A stretch of DNA of 62,611 nt, the filler included, from Rhabdomonas costata (Eukaryota), in the NCBI GenBank assembly GCA_019059605.1. It is 22 parts of 22 records of this genome, joined end to end, with 100 filler letters (N's around TTAATTAATTAA, not from the genome) between each part and the next. Parts side by side here need not be neighbours in the genome. Positions count along the whole stretch, not along the records: positions 48,473 to 51,222 come from JAHMHO010002164.1; positions 51,323 to 54,069 come from JAHMHO010002165.1; positions 54,170 to 56,919 come from JAHMHO010002166.1; positions 57,020 to 59,766 come from JAHMHO010002167.1; positions 59,867 to 62,611 come from JAHMHO010002168.1; 17 more parts are not named here. One strand, 5' to 3'. The position numbers and the translations under genes are program-made. A model generated the notes under the pieces. That model ran no database searches. It saw only the letters and a list, made by a program, of their open reading frames with translations, and was not told the origin of the DNA. Positions 49,783-62,463 of this stretch are shown piece by piece (the first letter of the stretch is position 1; every line of letters begins with the position of its first letter).

Positions 49783-51222
49783 TTATTCAATAAGAGGAGG
49801 TGCACTAGATGGTATCATATTTATAACCTCTGCATATTCATTGTATTCAAATGTTAGATAAGAATCATAGAGACCAAGAATGATGATATTAGTTGGTATT
49901 CCTAGTTGACCATTTAGATCCACACGAACACTGAAAAGATTACTTATATCATTCAGAGAAGCTTTATTCTTAAACACAAACACTGGGTTGCACTGCCACT
50001 CACTATATGAAAGAAGAGCCCCACAAGGCGTTCTGAGAGCGTCGCACATGATGCAATAATCTTGATAGCAGCGATATAAATCATTTGTGTTGGTTGATCC
50101 AGTAGTTCCGTCAGTTTGTAGACTATATGATTCTTGAGGATAAATACACGTTCCATGTTTAACTTGAATTTGCTTAATAAGCGTAACTGCATCGGTTGTA
50201 TTTTTTGCTTCACAAACTGCAGGATTTCCAGACGCATCAACATAACCACAGCTGAAATCAGTGGGGCTGTAATGAGGATATAGGGAAGGATTCACATTAA
50301 AAGCAACGATAATATGAGAAACACGCCCGCCAGTATCAAACGTTCCAGTAACAGTTGTAGTAGATGAGTTATTGCTGAGATTAGCGATAACTGGTGAAAA
50401 CTGTTTCATATGATAGGTTGCTTTGATACTACGTGGCACGTAGGACTTACCGATATAGCACCTATTTAAGTATAGCTTCATGTCCAACATTGAGACGTTA
50501 ATAGTATTATTAGAAAATCCACTGTTTTTATTTGTGACTGTGTATGTTCCTAATACTGATCCAACTGAACCAACTACTTGTATAAGGTTTCTGTACCACG
50601 ATTGTGAAACGGAAAAAATCAAATCTACTTTCTTGCCAACTCCAAAGTGAAGTAATTCATCACAGTAAAATAGAGGAATCGGAATTTGAATGTTGAGACG
50701 ATTTATATTTTTCTTATCAAAGTTGTACATATGATTTTTTAGTGCCCATATCATTCGTTTACTAAAAAGACCAGAAAATGCCGCCATATTTTCCGCTGCA
50801 ACTCCAAGACTAGTACCAAGTTTGTAATAATTATCATAAAGCACATTTACACTATCATCTTGATCCTCTTGACTCATTACTTTGATTTTTGAAGTTGAGT
50901 TAACTGTGTCTTGTTCCAATTTAGATTCGAAAAGCATTCTATATAAAGTTGACGTTGTACCTGCAAACTGATAATTGTTAACATCAGTAGAACTAATCAC
51001 ACACTTGATTGTATCGAAGATTGCACCTAACGGGTTTTGTGTTAGGTGAGGGATTGATATACCTTGAGGAGCAGCACGTGTACCATTATTAATAATTGGT
51101 TCAAGTGTCGTCTGAGTTCCATTTTCTCGAACTTGTGTGATTTGAAGTTGAACTGTCAGATAACTGTTTTTTCCATTATATACTATATCTTCGGGTTGGT
51201 CTATTGTGAACTTAATATTGTT
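49783..51222 (-). CDS. Double jelly-roll major capsid protein, Polinton/PLV-type; 5' partial (at least 479 aa)
   Basis: The frame stays open upstream of the ORF-track start to the contig edge. IKFTIDQPEDIVYNGKNSYLTVQLQI and LTQNPLGAIFDTIKCVIS match the Polinton MCP N-terminal pattern. Further motifs: DMKLYL..C, SHIIVAF, IQVKHG..IYP..Y, Y..YQDY, W..NPVFVF and a terminal IIILGLYD..L. Confidence 0.82.
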   Translation of the reverse strand, partial: NNIKFTIDQPEDIVYNGKNSYLTVQLQITQVRENGTQTTLEPIINNGTRAAPQGISIPHLTQNPLGAIFDTIKCVISSTDVNNYQFAGTTSTLYRMLFESKLEQDTVNSTSKIKVMSQEDQDDSVNVLYDNYYKLGTSLGVAAENMAAFSGLFSKRMIWALKNHMYNFDKKNINRLNIQIPIPLFYCDELLHFGVGKKVDLIFSVSQSWYRNLIQVVGSVGSVLGTYTVTNKNSGFSNNTINVSMLDMKLYLNRCYIGKSYVPRSIKATYHMKQFSPVIANLSNNSSTTTVTGTFDTGGRVSHIIVAFNVNPSLYPHYSPTDFSCGYVDASGNPAVCEAKNTTDAVTLIKQIQVKHGTCIYPQESYSLQTDGTTGSTNTNDLYRCYQDYCIMCDALRTPCGALLSYSEWQCNPVFVFKNKASLNDISNLFSVRVDLNGQLGIPTNIIILGLYDSYLTFEYNEYAEVINMIPSSAPPLIE

Positions 51223-52258
51223 NNNNNNNNNNNNNNNNNNNNNNNNNNNNNNNNNNNNNNNNNNNNTTAATTAATTAANNNNNNNNNNNNNNNNNNNNNN
51301 NNNNNNNNNNNNNNNNNNNNNNAGCGACCCTTAGGCTTTCGGGGCCCTTTGACCACAGAACCGTACAAGGTATGCCTCCTCTTGGCCTTCGCGTGCTATC
51401 TCCCGCCCGCGCTTTCTTTCTGAGGGTCGCCGCGGCCACAACCGCCAAGCGACCACGGCAGGAAGGGTAGGAGACGCCAACGCCATTCGGATTAACAACG
51501 CTGCCATTGGCATTCGCGTTCTTCGCGGCTTGGGCGGTAGGCGGTGGTGTTGCGTCAACTCGCGGTAAGAATTCTCCGGATGCAAGCTAGGTTCTCGGTT
51601 CTTGTTTCAAAAAACGCTTATGGGCTGCTTTTTCCGGTTCCCGTGATGCGCGGTAAATCCGGAAATGAATTGGCGCAGGTTTAACCACAAAAGGCTCACA
51701 AAAACCCATATGCAGGTATGCACGCCGGAGCCCCATAATCCGTGAGTTCGAGGTTGAATGCCAGGTGGAACACAAAGGAGATAGTCAAAATCGTGCAGCG
51801 GTGCATGCACATGAAGAGAACAATCAATCCCCTGCGTCGTTCTGGTTCTTCTGCTATTCCTCATACCTCACAATATAACAATTAACAATGACAAGAAAGC
51901 TTAAGAGTCGGGAATTCATCGCTGGGATTGTGCCCTTGCCTGCAAAGTAGTTGTTTATCTGCTATGCGCCGACTACCAAGTTTTCGAAGTTTTTTTTGAA
52001 CAACAAGGCCAATCCACACAACGTTGTGGACTGTGCATCAAAGAGCTGTTCAAATGTCGCCTGAATGTCATCCAGAGTGGAAGCCGAAGTGAGAAAGAGC
52101 CGATGACGCTGTGGGACCACTCACCAGCGATGCTCGCGGCTATCCCACCTCACGCGAAAAACAAGATTTACACTCGAGGGGTTTGTGGTTACTGGAAAAG
52201 GCGAAGAAGCATCTCGCTCAGCCAGCGTTCGAAGCCCTTGGCAGGCCATATGAGACTC

Positions 52259-53904
52259 TTACATCGCTTGAGACGAAGTTCGCAGCACCCCGGCAGCAAT
52301 AAGCTTCTGGATCTTCTCCATGATCTCAGGGCTCTTCAGATGCCTGCAAGCATGGAAGTCATCAACCCTCACTGACCACATGCTTACACGATGCCAGAAG
52401 AAAGCCTCGTTGTATCAGGCTGTGAGCTTTCATAGTCGATTGCGATAGAACTTTTACCATGCTCTCACCTTGTTGGCGGGCTTCCACCGCATCGACCTTC
52501 TTCTAAACGCAAAGCATACTGTTGCGCCGCCTTGGGATTCTCCTTAAAGTCTCGCAGAACCGACTGCAGGATCGGGTCATGCAAGATGCTCTGAGGGCAC
52601 CCCCCCCACACACACACCCTCCCACTCCGCGGATATAAATGCAAAAGCCTGGCTTGACCCCATGCGACCCACCGACTCCCTGTGGAAGGGCACCACTACG
52701 TCCGTGGAGGTAGATGAAGGTGAACAACTTTGGCCAATGGGTCACCCGGCCTCAGAAGGGACAGAAGCCCCAGGTCCGCCCATCAGTGCGGCGCCAGCTT
52801 TGTGCTGGGCTCCAGATGTCCCGCGTGGGGATGGGGTTCGGGGTGGTACCTGGGCCGTAGCCACGGATTTTTGCGGGGCGATGCTGCCCAGTGTGCGTGT
52901 ACCAGTCTCCCCACATAGAGCATACAGCATCTTGCAATTCTCCTTCCTAGGGCCACTGCGGGGCACTGCGGGGCACTGCGAAACCCCCCCCCCAAGCGTG
53001 TAGCATTCGGTATGGAAACTGCGCTCTTGAAATGCACGCGCCTTCACATCACGCTGCACCTCAGACAACGTCCAGCCCTCCGCTGATGTGGTGCCACACC
53101 CTTCTAGCGACAGGCTCGAAGGCGCCCCGCGACCCTGGCCTTCCTTGATACACACACATTGGAGACGCGCATGCCCGAACGCGTTGACAGACCTGGATCT
53201 CAGGGTCAGCCATGGCCTTCCTGAGTCGATCTTCGTCAACATCTGAGGCAGATAAAAAGCAGCCTAGGCTAAGTCCCTGGACACGGCTTCACAGAGAGGC
53301 TAAGTATTAATCGGACCTGAAGACTGCTGGGCACTGTTGACCTGCTGCAGGGTGCACTCCAGGCCCTTGCGGAGCTCTGCAACAAGAGCATAAAGACGCA
53401 TGTCGTACAGATGCTACAGACGATTCAGAAACATATGACGTAACGGGCGTTTGTGCAAAGAGATGCAATCAATGTCCCTGGTTCCTGAGAGCTGCATTTA
53501 TAGAAATAGAACTATTGAACTATGAACTATTGAAAGTTTGACGCCTTCCGGCAGTTGGCATCTCGACCCCTTCGCACACACGCACACGAACCATTCATCA
53601 GTTACGTATTGAATTTCGGGGACGGACCAAACTACATCAGTTTTGTCCATTGATGATTCAGGCAACGACTTCATTGCAACAGCAACAAGCGGCGCACAAA
53701 AAAAAGCAACGACCTTCGTTGGAGGGATCCTCGGCCAAGCCCTTCTCATACCACCTGCAATGACGAGAAAAAGAACAATGCAGTCAACAGTAAATGGAGA
53801 AGCACAGTGCTCCAAAAATAAATCCGGAGCGCCTCCATACTCCAGAGCCTTGTGATACTCCTTCCTCCAGAAGTAGATTCCTGCCTTCCGGGAAATAGCC
53901 TTCA
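52259..53904 (-). CDS. STI1: Hsp70/Hsp90 organising protein STI1/Hop, last 6 exons
   Basis: Exons 53904-53841, 53754-53714, 53376-53317, 53242-53193, 52590-52520 and 52343-52259 are all GT-AG and in phase. Translation: KAISRKA..RKEYHKALEWYEKGLAEDPSNEELRKGL..RKAMADPEIQSILHDPILQSVL..ENPKAAQQHLKSPEIMEKIQKLIAAGVL (TPR2B + DP2). Confidence 0.94.
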
Positions 53905-55274
53905 CTGCGACAAGGACGAACAAGTTTGACAGGAAACAGTGCGTCGGCAAGAGCGAAGCATAATGCATCACGGCCAGCAGATGTCCTGGACATGAAAAAA
54001 CTCCCGAACGCAGCCATTGAGAAAAACAGCGAAACAGAAGCTCTGGGTCATCGGCTTCCAACAAAAAAANNNNNNNNNNNNNNNNNNNNNNNNNNNNNNN
54101 NNNNNNNNNNNNNTTAATTAATTAANNNNNNNNNNNNNNNNNNNNNNNNNNNNNNNNNNNNNNNNNNNNATGAGCGGACAAGGCAATCCACAAGGCAACA
54201 AAAGTCCAACCACCGCGGCAGCGTACAAGAACACAGAGAGTGCTTGTGTGTCCTACGATGATGAGCGTAAGCGCAGATACGGCGGGTGGGCCAACAGCAA
54301 AGCATGAAAAGAATGAAAAAGGAAATCAAAGGAACTGAGCTTCCACGAGTTATTACCGCAGTGCCAAAAATGGGATGCAGAGAATAAGCGCAAAAGGCAA
54401 ATTCCCGCTGAACACCCGCGGCACACGGCAGAGGGTGTGCACTGCATCAGAAAGGTCATACCGCATGACAAATTACCAAAACCCGAACGCAAAAAGGGAA
54501 GGGCCTTGAATTGATGTGCAGATGTACAGGGAAAAAACTGAAAGGTATCCAGCACGGGCAGTATCCCCGCTGGTACAACTCTCGCACGCAGGCACGAGAC
54601 CAACCCCGAAGGCGAAACCGACCATGCGGACAGCCTTCGGACAGAACTCCCGCCTGAGAAGATCTTGACGTTGTGGAAAGAAACCAGAGAGTTAGCCGAG
54701 CAAGTTGCCGTCATCTTTTTCTGCATATAGGAGGAAATGCACTCAGGTTCGGATGAAGGGAGTGCGGCGACAACTTAGCAAGAATTGAGCATGGAACGCC
54801 CAAACACAAACGTTGAGAGTGAAGCTTAGAAATGTTGGCATTGCACTGTATTTTTTCGTTGCCTCAAATGTTTGATTAAGGCAGCGCAGGATGACGTGAA
54901 GCCGCATACACCCAACACTAAGCAGAGCACTTTCTGGAACCGAAAACCAGGGGGTGCGCAGAGCAAACAAATCCCGGCGTTGGGAATCACAATGAGCGGG
55001 GCGGGCATAAAAAAAAAGCGCAGCAAGAAGCGCCCAGCTGTAGGTCAAGACAGGTTTGCAAGAAAGCTGCCAGCAGCCACAATAGCTCAGCTTCGGCTTG
55101 GGGTCCATCCGCTGCAATGTGAAGCATTGCGTCTTCTTAGGTTGATCAGGCTGGAGCCCATGCCGCCTGAGAGTGGCTGACAGACTGAACAAAGAGAATG
55201 CATCCCCACCGGGACAAGGAAGCGGACCACATGGGAAAAATAATGCTACAGCAATTTACAGGGCACGGACAAGC

Positions 55275-55521
55275 TCGCCAGGCTTCGCCGAAGCTCAGGC
55301 GAGAAGAAAAAAAGCAAAGAAAATCGTTTCACACCGTGAAAAAGACCTGCGGAGCGCAGCAAGAGAAGTGAGATTGGAAAGCACTGTATTTTATGGNTCT
55401 TCTCGCCTGAGCTTCGGCGAAGCCTGGCGAGAAGAAAAAAAGCAAAGAAAATCGTTTCACACCGTGAAAAAGACCTGCGGAGCGCAGCAAGAGAAGTGAG
55501 ATTGGAAAGCACTGTATTTTA
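55275..55521. repeat. Local direct duplication (~95 bp) with an inverted segment around a single N
   Basis: ggcgagaagaaaaaaagc...gcactgtatttta occurs twice, separated by an N and an inverted copy of the preceding ~35 bp. Likely a scaffolding or fold-back artefact. Confidence 0.75.
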
Positions 55522-57600
55522 CGGGAGAATGTTCTGCGCAGTACACGCACGAGAAGGAAACGGACCACAGAGCTCATATAGCTGCATCGAGGTAAGGAAA
55601 CTGAAAAGCAAAAAAAAAAGGCACCGGTGCAGCGTTGTCATGGATATAAGGATCCGAGTTGCCTGACCCATTTCTGTGGGTACCAAAATCCTACCGAAAA
55701 AAGCCGAGGTGCCTTAATGCACCGCAGTAGGGTTTCAGTGGTTGCTCTGGTGGATCCAGTGAACTTGATGCGCGGGAGCGGGTGAAGGAGAACAAAGAGG
55801 ACCAGGAAGTGAGAGCGAGACACGTACGGGCAGAGCGAGCGCGGCGTGCAGTAGGCCGCACAAAGACGGAGGATCCGCAAGCCAGGACACGGGTTCGCCA
55901 GCGCAGCTCAAAAACAAAGAAAAAGCCATGGAAAGTGATCAGGCCAGCTTTGGACGGCGAAGGGAAGAAAGCGGCGGCAGGCCCGTGGGAGAGCCTGCTC
56001 GAACCTTGGCCTGCCCGCCCACAGGGCTAACAGCGGTGGCATGTGCCGGGCTGCCCACGGAGCCCTTTGTAGGGTGTGGCCGCCCGCGGTGTGGTGTGCG
56101 CAAGGCAGCGGAGGGGCTTGCCGGTGCCCTTTCGGAGCAGTGGGGGTAGTTCAGGTCGTGGATAGGCCTGGGCACCAGCTGAAGGCTTCGCACGGAGAGA
56201 ATGGGAGCGCCCGCCTCAATGGGAAGCGACTGGGCACTCGTCAGTAGGGCGGGAATGAGATGGGACCTGAGGCCGCAGCGGGGGGAACAGCGGGTGGGCG
56301 ACTCTGGGCCTGGTGTGAGACCCCGGAGCCTTGGCAGCCGCCGTGGCGCTGCACAGAAAGAGAGAGGGAACCCCCAGAACTGGAGCTGAACTCCAAACAC
56401 TTGGAAACCACCCATTCACCCTCCACCCACCATAATGGATAATGTTTCTTTAAATAAAGCAATTTCACCAAAGAAGCCGAGGGCATGCCCACAAAGACGT
56501 GTGCCTGTTCGGAAGCAGAAAAAGCAACGAAATATGCAAACGTCCCTTGCAGCTAAAGGGCGAATCCGATGCAAGGCTGGACTTATATTCAGCAGGCCTC
56601 CCAAGTGCTGCGTGGCAAGGCTCATTTAAAATTTCTGGACAAGGGAGCAGCAGAGCAGACACAGTGAAACTCCTTCAGTGCTTCATGCGTGGATATCAAA
56701 CCCACGACCTGACGGGCCACAGTGTGCCAAAACTTGGTTGCGAAATTTGATGCCGTAGACATATAAAAAATGGCGCTCCTAAACTTGCCCCGGCACACTT
56801 TGGAAATATTGATCCTGCAGGGGGTTAGGGCAACATGTATCTGGAGGGGGGACTTTCGCGTTTTCTAGCTAGATCTAGCTAGAGCTTCCACTTCCGATAC
56901 ATGTTGCCACAACCCCCCCNNNNNNNNNNNNNNNNNNNNNNNNNNNNNNNNNNNNNNNNNNNNTTAATTAATTAANNNNNNNNNNNNNNNNNNNNNNNNN
57001 NNNNNNNNNNNNNNNNNNNAGGACGCTAGGGCTGGCTAGGGTCGAATAGCATCTAACCTATCTTAGCTGCTTGGATGAAGACGAGAAGAATAAAATAGGG
57101 ACTACATAACATAGGCAGCAGGTCTGCGAAGTCACACGCACTCTGCTAAGTACACACTTCACAATACCCCACTGTGAACGAAGAGGCGTCCTGAGGCGTT
57201 AAGGCCAGGGCGCTCACATGCGTAATCGTGGAACAAGGGCGAGCAGTGCTGGCGCTGGAAATATGTATCTTTTCTCAGCATTGGTGGTGAACGGCTGGCG
57301 GTGAAACACTTGAAACACTCTTGAGAGACCCGCTCCGGCTGTCCCGCACATTGGCACCGGCAACCCACCAGCCTGTTCCAAGCCCGCATGTGCAAAAATA
57401 CGATTAACGCTACAAACCAATTATGAATGTTGAAGGACGAACGCGCACTCTCTGTATGCCACCCCCCTCCCTCCACGAATTTAAGGGAGTGCCAGAAAAG
57501 AGCTATCACCATAGAAACCAAAGTATACTAACGGTAAAGTGAACAAAATCTGGTCTTGCGCGGACCTTCAGTCCACACCTCGCTAACTTTCACTACTCTG

Positions 57601-59766
57601 TCACATCTGTGAGGGCAACACAGGGTGGTGGTGGTGCAGCGCAGCGCAGCGGTGTGGAGCAGCATGTTCAGGGACCCTAAGACGGCTCCACACCGCTGCG
57701 CTGGCACCTGGCGGGGGCTGGCAGCGGCTCGTGGAGACGGGCACGGGCCGCCCGCAGGTCACCAGGTTGGTCGGGGCCACCGCCCGAGTTTTCGCGGGGG
57801 GCTCCGCGGAAGAGGTCCCGCAGACGCTGGCCCGGTCCCCGCCCGTAGGGCGCTGCAAAGGATGAAGGGAACAGTCGGCTCAATTCACGCCAATACCTCA
57901 TACTTCATTTGATTTCACCTTGGCGAGCCATTTTCAGCCAAATGGTGAATATGACTCCGTAAACTCCAATGAGATCAATTCCAATCTATTTAGATCTGTT
58001 TCCAATCCAATTTAGCTGATGTGCTGGAGGGGGGGTACTCTGCAGTCTCCTTATGTCAAAAAAGCCAACCGGGCTTCTTGATGGAGTTTCACCCGACCCT
58101 CGCAAAATCTATGCGATCACTACGCCATCAAAGCTGTGGGCCGCACCCAGCACCTGGTTATGTACCGGTTTAGGTGGGTGGGTTCTTCTTTGATTCATCA
58201 CCAGACAAGTCTGACGGGCAGCGGCTCTCTCACCCTCCGAGCGCAGCACTGTGCGGACCTTGGCGGCGGCCTTCGCAGAGGAGGATTTGGCTTGCTTCCG
58301 CATGGCCTTGCGACGCGTGGCGAACTCCCTCAGACGCTCCACCTCCTCCTCAGTCTAAAGGTAACAGAAATATGAAAACTCAAAGAAAAATATAAAAGAA
58401 CGTTTCAGGTTCACGGCGACCTGGAGTTCCATAAGTTCCTACAGACGGGCACGCGCATAGAGAAAACACCGACAAAACTGAGCAACGGGATGTCACAGTG
58501 CACAGTGCGGGGAGGGAGTTAGAGATGATTTCAAGTTCAACAAAAGTGGGAGGAGCTCCCTGGGTGGATTCATTTCTTCTCAGCTGTTGCGAGGGGAAGC
58601 AGATGTCAATATATTGCCACTATTATCGTGGGTGGGGGAGAAGGGATGGGAGGTCATTGAGGGAACCTGTGGGACCAGCGGGAGCACCACGTTGTCGCAA
58701 CTGCCATCATACTCCTCCATCCGAACCACGGGCTTGCCACAAACGGCGCAGGTGCCCTTCTGAATCTCGACTGCGGCCTTCTCGCTGATCACATGCCCGC
58801 ACTCCCTGCGTCGCCACCGAAACACACTGGTGGGAAGAAGGCTCCCCCGCACGCAAAAACTCCCTTACAAAGGAGAAAAGTTGTGTTAAAGGGAGGGACG
58901 AAAATGAATGAATGGGAGGAGGGTGATCGAATTCTGGGAAAGGATGGGCGGCCACCTGGGCTTCTCTCCAGTGAGACAACCTCAATTTTCAGATGTTCTG
59001 CTCACCTCAATAGCAAACATCCCCCCTCCCGCTCCACTGACCTGCACCATGTTCACGGAAGATGGAAGGGTGGAAGGAAGGCGTAGGTTCCATTTCCATC
59101 TCAGAAAATAATCGATAACAGGGGAGGGGAGAGGAGGAGACGCACCTCATGTAGACGAAGCGGGCTACCGCGTCGGTGGTGATGTCGGGAAGAATGGGGC
59201 ATACCCACTGGTCCAGAAGATCATCCATCGGCATGCCCTCGCTGACCTCGCCCTAGGAAGGGGCAACAGGCAAAGTGGCCACCAAGTGGGCATCACACAA
59301 ACGTCCTGCCCATACTCCCACTGTAAATCATTGGAGAAGAGTGCATTGTGAGCTTGTGAGCTGAGCGAGCATGGAAGGTTTTTCGATACCGTCGACCATT
59401 GCGTATAAGGAAACTTTGATGACTGAGATGAAAGTTCTCATTCGCATTGTGTGTTTATTCGGTTAATTCTTCGTAATTTGTGTACATCAAACAATTCCTG
59501 TTTTTTTCTCGTTTGATATGTGAAAATCCCTGATCCGATGCTGATAATTAAGTCAAGCAATTCAGGCAAGAGAAAGAGGCCAGGATCAGGCAAGGCATTT
59601 CCTTCCCATGTCCCGCGCAAACCTTGGCAGGGTTGACCTTGAGCCGGAGCTCAGTAACATCAGAGATGCGCTGGATGTGCCGCACCTCCGCGGTGCACTC
59701 CTCTGGGTCTCCCTTATGCAGTAGAGCCACCAGCACGGCGTCCTTGTTGTACAGGTAACCCAAACC
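57601..59766 (-). CDS. RTF2: Replication termination factor 2 (Rtf2 RING-like), 5' partial, 5 exons
   Basis: Exons 59766-59623, 59252-59146, 58805-58667, 58354-58259 and 57852-57601 (last one less certain). Translation: LGYLYNKDAVLVALL..HIQRISDVTELRLKVNP..WVCPI..RFVYMRECGHVISEKA..CAVCG..VLPL, then a basic helix. Confidence 0.88.
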
Positions 59767-60105
59767 NNNNNNNNNNNNNNNNNNNNNNNNNNNNNNNNNN
59801 NNNNNNNNNNTTAATTAATTAANNNNNNNNNNNNNNNNNNNNNNNNNNNNNNNNNNNNNNNNNNNNTTTTTGTGTTTCCCGCCAGTCAGCACATTCGAAC
59901 TCCGTAGGACATGCTCTGCCTTCAGTGAGTTGCTCCGCAAAAGCTTGTGCGGAATACGCTCGTGCTATATTTTCGTCGTGAACCCGAATCCTAGCGTAGC
60001 TGGAAACCCACCCAGAGGTGGGTTTTTGCATATTGGTTGGTTTTCGGCGAATAGTCTATCCGCTCTCCATCAGTGTGCCTTCACGATCACACCTGTCTGC
60101 AATAG

Positions 60106-62463
60106 GGAGGTCCCTGTGCCCTATGATGTGGTGCGGGAGGTGGACGTCCCGGTGCCCGTGGAGCACACTGTGGAGCAGTGCGTGCCCGTGCCCGTCCCTG
60201 TGGAGCGCAGGGTGCGCGAGGAGGTCGCCGTGCCGTACCCCGTCACGAAGTGCGTGGACGTGCCCCAGCCTTACCCCGTGGAACGGGTTGTCGAGTGCCC
60301 GGTATGGGTGTCTATGTCTGATGTTTGCGTGCGGGGCTACGCACGCCGCTAGAACACGCACCATCAGATAGAAACATCCCCTGGTCAACTCCGCGAAAGG
60401 GTGCCAATCCATCTACACAAATCAGATTGCCTGACGTTCGTGCCTTTGGAGCCAAGTTATTCGCGTTGGACAGGAATGAAAAAATTAAGGGGAAAGTAAG
60501 GACATTCCAAATAATCGTGAATACTCTGGGAGAGGGGGTACTCTTCTCTGCTATTTTGATGGTTGTTGGGCAGAAACAGACGAAACTCTGGGGGAGACAT
60601 GACCCCAGGAGTGGTTGTCAGTGGAAGTGGACTATTTTCGGGTCTTTTTAGGACAGCCTATCATAATATCGGGGGACAGGACGAGACGAGACTTTCCATG
60701 TGCGAGATCTTGAGGTATTGTCCTTTTTTTTGCAGCGATGACCCCTTTTTTATCGATTTTATTCCTGGTTACCAACCCCCTTCTCTATTTGTCCGGCGAG
60801 GGGACCCGCGCGCGCCGCCCCCCACCCCAAAGGTGCCGTACCCCGTGGAGAAGGTGGTGACCCGGACCTGCCCCGTGCCCGTGCCCAAAGTGGTGGAGCG
60901 CACCGTGGACTGCCCTGTGGCCGTGCCCTGCCCACAGACCGTGGAGTGCCCGTACCCCGTCACGAAGTGCGTCGAGGTGCCCGAGCCCTGCGTGGTGGAC
61001 CGGGTGCGTGTACCCATATGTGTGTGTCCCGTCTATTGCTGTGAGCGTGTGGTGTGCTCGTGTCCTTGTGTGTCTGTGCTTGTGTGCGGCCTTTTCGGAG
61101 CCGTGAGCCACGTGTTGCTGAAGAACTGTGGAGAACCGGGGGGTGAGGACTCTCTCACCGCACAGCGAGGCCTGCCCGTCAGGCGAGGTGGCCTGGGGAA
61201 GTTCTCAAGCTCTTTGACCCACCCACCCCTACCCAATCTCCTCACGGAAGCTGCAACTCTTTCAATCCACGGCGCACGGGCCGGGACGCTACTTGTTGAG
61301 CGGTGGTGCATGCAAGGGAATCAGGACGGAGGCTCCTATTCCTAAACTTCCGGTTGAACGCAGTGTAGGGTGTGTCTGTAAACAAAGGACGCTCCGTTTG
61401 TAAACGAAGGGCCTGTGTTCACATATAGCCGAATAAGGTTGGAGGGTGCCCGCTTTCCGCCGCCCCCGCGCTCCAAGGTGGTCGAGTGCCCTGTCCCATA
61501 CACCGTGTGCAAGACCGTTGAGCGCACCGTGGACTGCCCCGTGGCCTGCCCCGTGCCCTGCACCGTGGCCGTGACGTGCCCCGTGGAGAAGGTGGTCACC
61601 CGTAAAGTCCCGTACACCATCCCAAAGGTTGCAGGCCAGTCAATCCGCGACCCCCCCCCCCCTTCCCAACGAACTCGCATTTTCGTTGTTTGTGCCTGTC
61701 TGGAAAGAAAGAGCCCCTGCAGTAAATTCGGAGGAATCCCTGTAACTCGACACTGCAAGCATGAAGCTGGCATCCGGTAAATATCCTTCCATCCGGCCGC
61801 ATCTGGACGGACTCTCGCATCCGTGTGGACACCGGGATTTCACCCACTTTTTGATACATGGGTTTTGTGACAAAACGCGAACACGTTTTGTCACACTTTT
61901 GACAGATTTTTGGGAGAAAAAAGTCCTCCCGGTAGTAATGACAGATTTTTGGGAGAAAAAAGTCCTCCCGGTAGTAATCACCCATCTGGATAGTTACATA
62001 CCCAGTTGGACTTTCAAGAAGAGAGATGGAGATGCTTTTCTGAGCCCAAGGATCATGTGCGGATAGGATGAATGCTCGAAAATCAGCGAAACCCAGCAAA
62101 AGATAAAATGAGGCTGGGTTTTTATGTTTTGGAGTTCTTCCCTGTGAAGCCACGGCTGTTGGAAACATTTGGCAAGCGACGAGTATTGACTATTTCCTGA
62201 GTGAGTGAAATACGTGTCTATGGCGGTGTGCTCTTCCCATTGCTCGATTGTTTGCATGTTGCGTGGGGTGGGCATTGGCTTAGGTTGTGGAGAAGACCGT
62301 GACCCGAGTGGTGCCCTGCCCGGTGAAGGTGGTGGTGCAGAAGACCTGCCCCGTGCCCGTGCCCGTGGACTGTGTGCGGTACCGCGACGTGCCTTACCCC
62401 ATTGAGAAGATCGTCGAGAAGATTGTCCACGTGCCCGTCCCGCGCTACGTTCCTGTGAAGCAG
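60106..62463 (+). CDS. Articulin/epiplastin-like pellicle protein, cysteine-rich; 4 internal exons
   Basis: Exons 60106-60301, 60833-61003, 61478-61627 and 62284-62463 are GT-AG and in phase. They carry tandem VPV repeats with acid-base dyads (VPYPVEKVV, VPVPVERRV, VERTVDCPV). Confidence 0.9.
61900..61978. repeat. Exact 39-bp tandem duplication in an articulin intron
   Basis: tgacagatttttgggagaaaaaagtcctcccggtagtaa occurs twice. Confidence 0.85.

Larger units (their letters stand above)
48473..51222 (-). mobile_element. Polinton/Polinton-like virus (adintovirus-type) virion morphogenesis module, fragment
   Basis: The whole contig is visibly AT-rich, gene-dense and intron-free, unlike the host contigs. 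It has four co-oriented, uninterrupted ORFs: capsid, basic core-like protein, cysteine protease and P-loop ATPase-like protein. Confidence 0.85.

Noticed and set aside
47822-51222. Cyclase gene as a neighbour or cargo of the viral element
   Set aside because: A spacer at 48373-48472 separates them. The adjacency is only assembly ordering.
54170-56919. Minus-strand multi-exon gene (blocks near 55880-55715, 55167-55090, 54720-54625)
   Set aside because: Some blocks look exon-like, but I could not build a consistent frame or recognise a family.
2756-59866. Regularly spaced TTAATTAATTAA as a biological repeat or array
   Set aside because: It is always embedded in N-runs of fixed length. It is a six-frame-stop contig linker.
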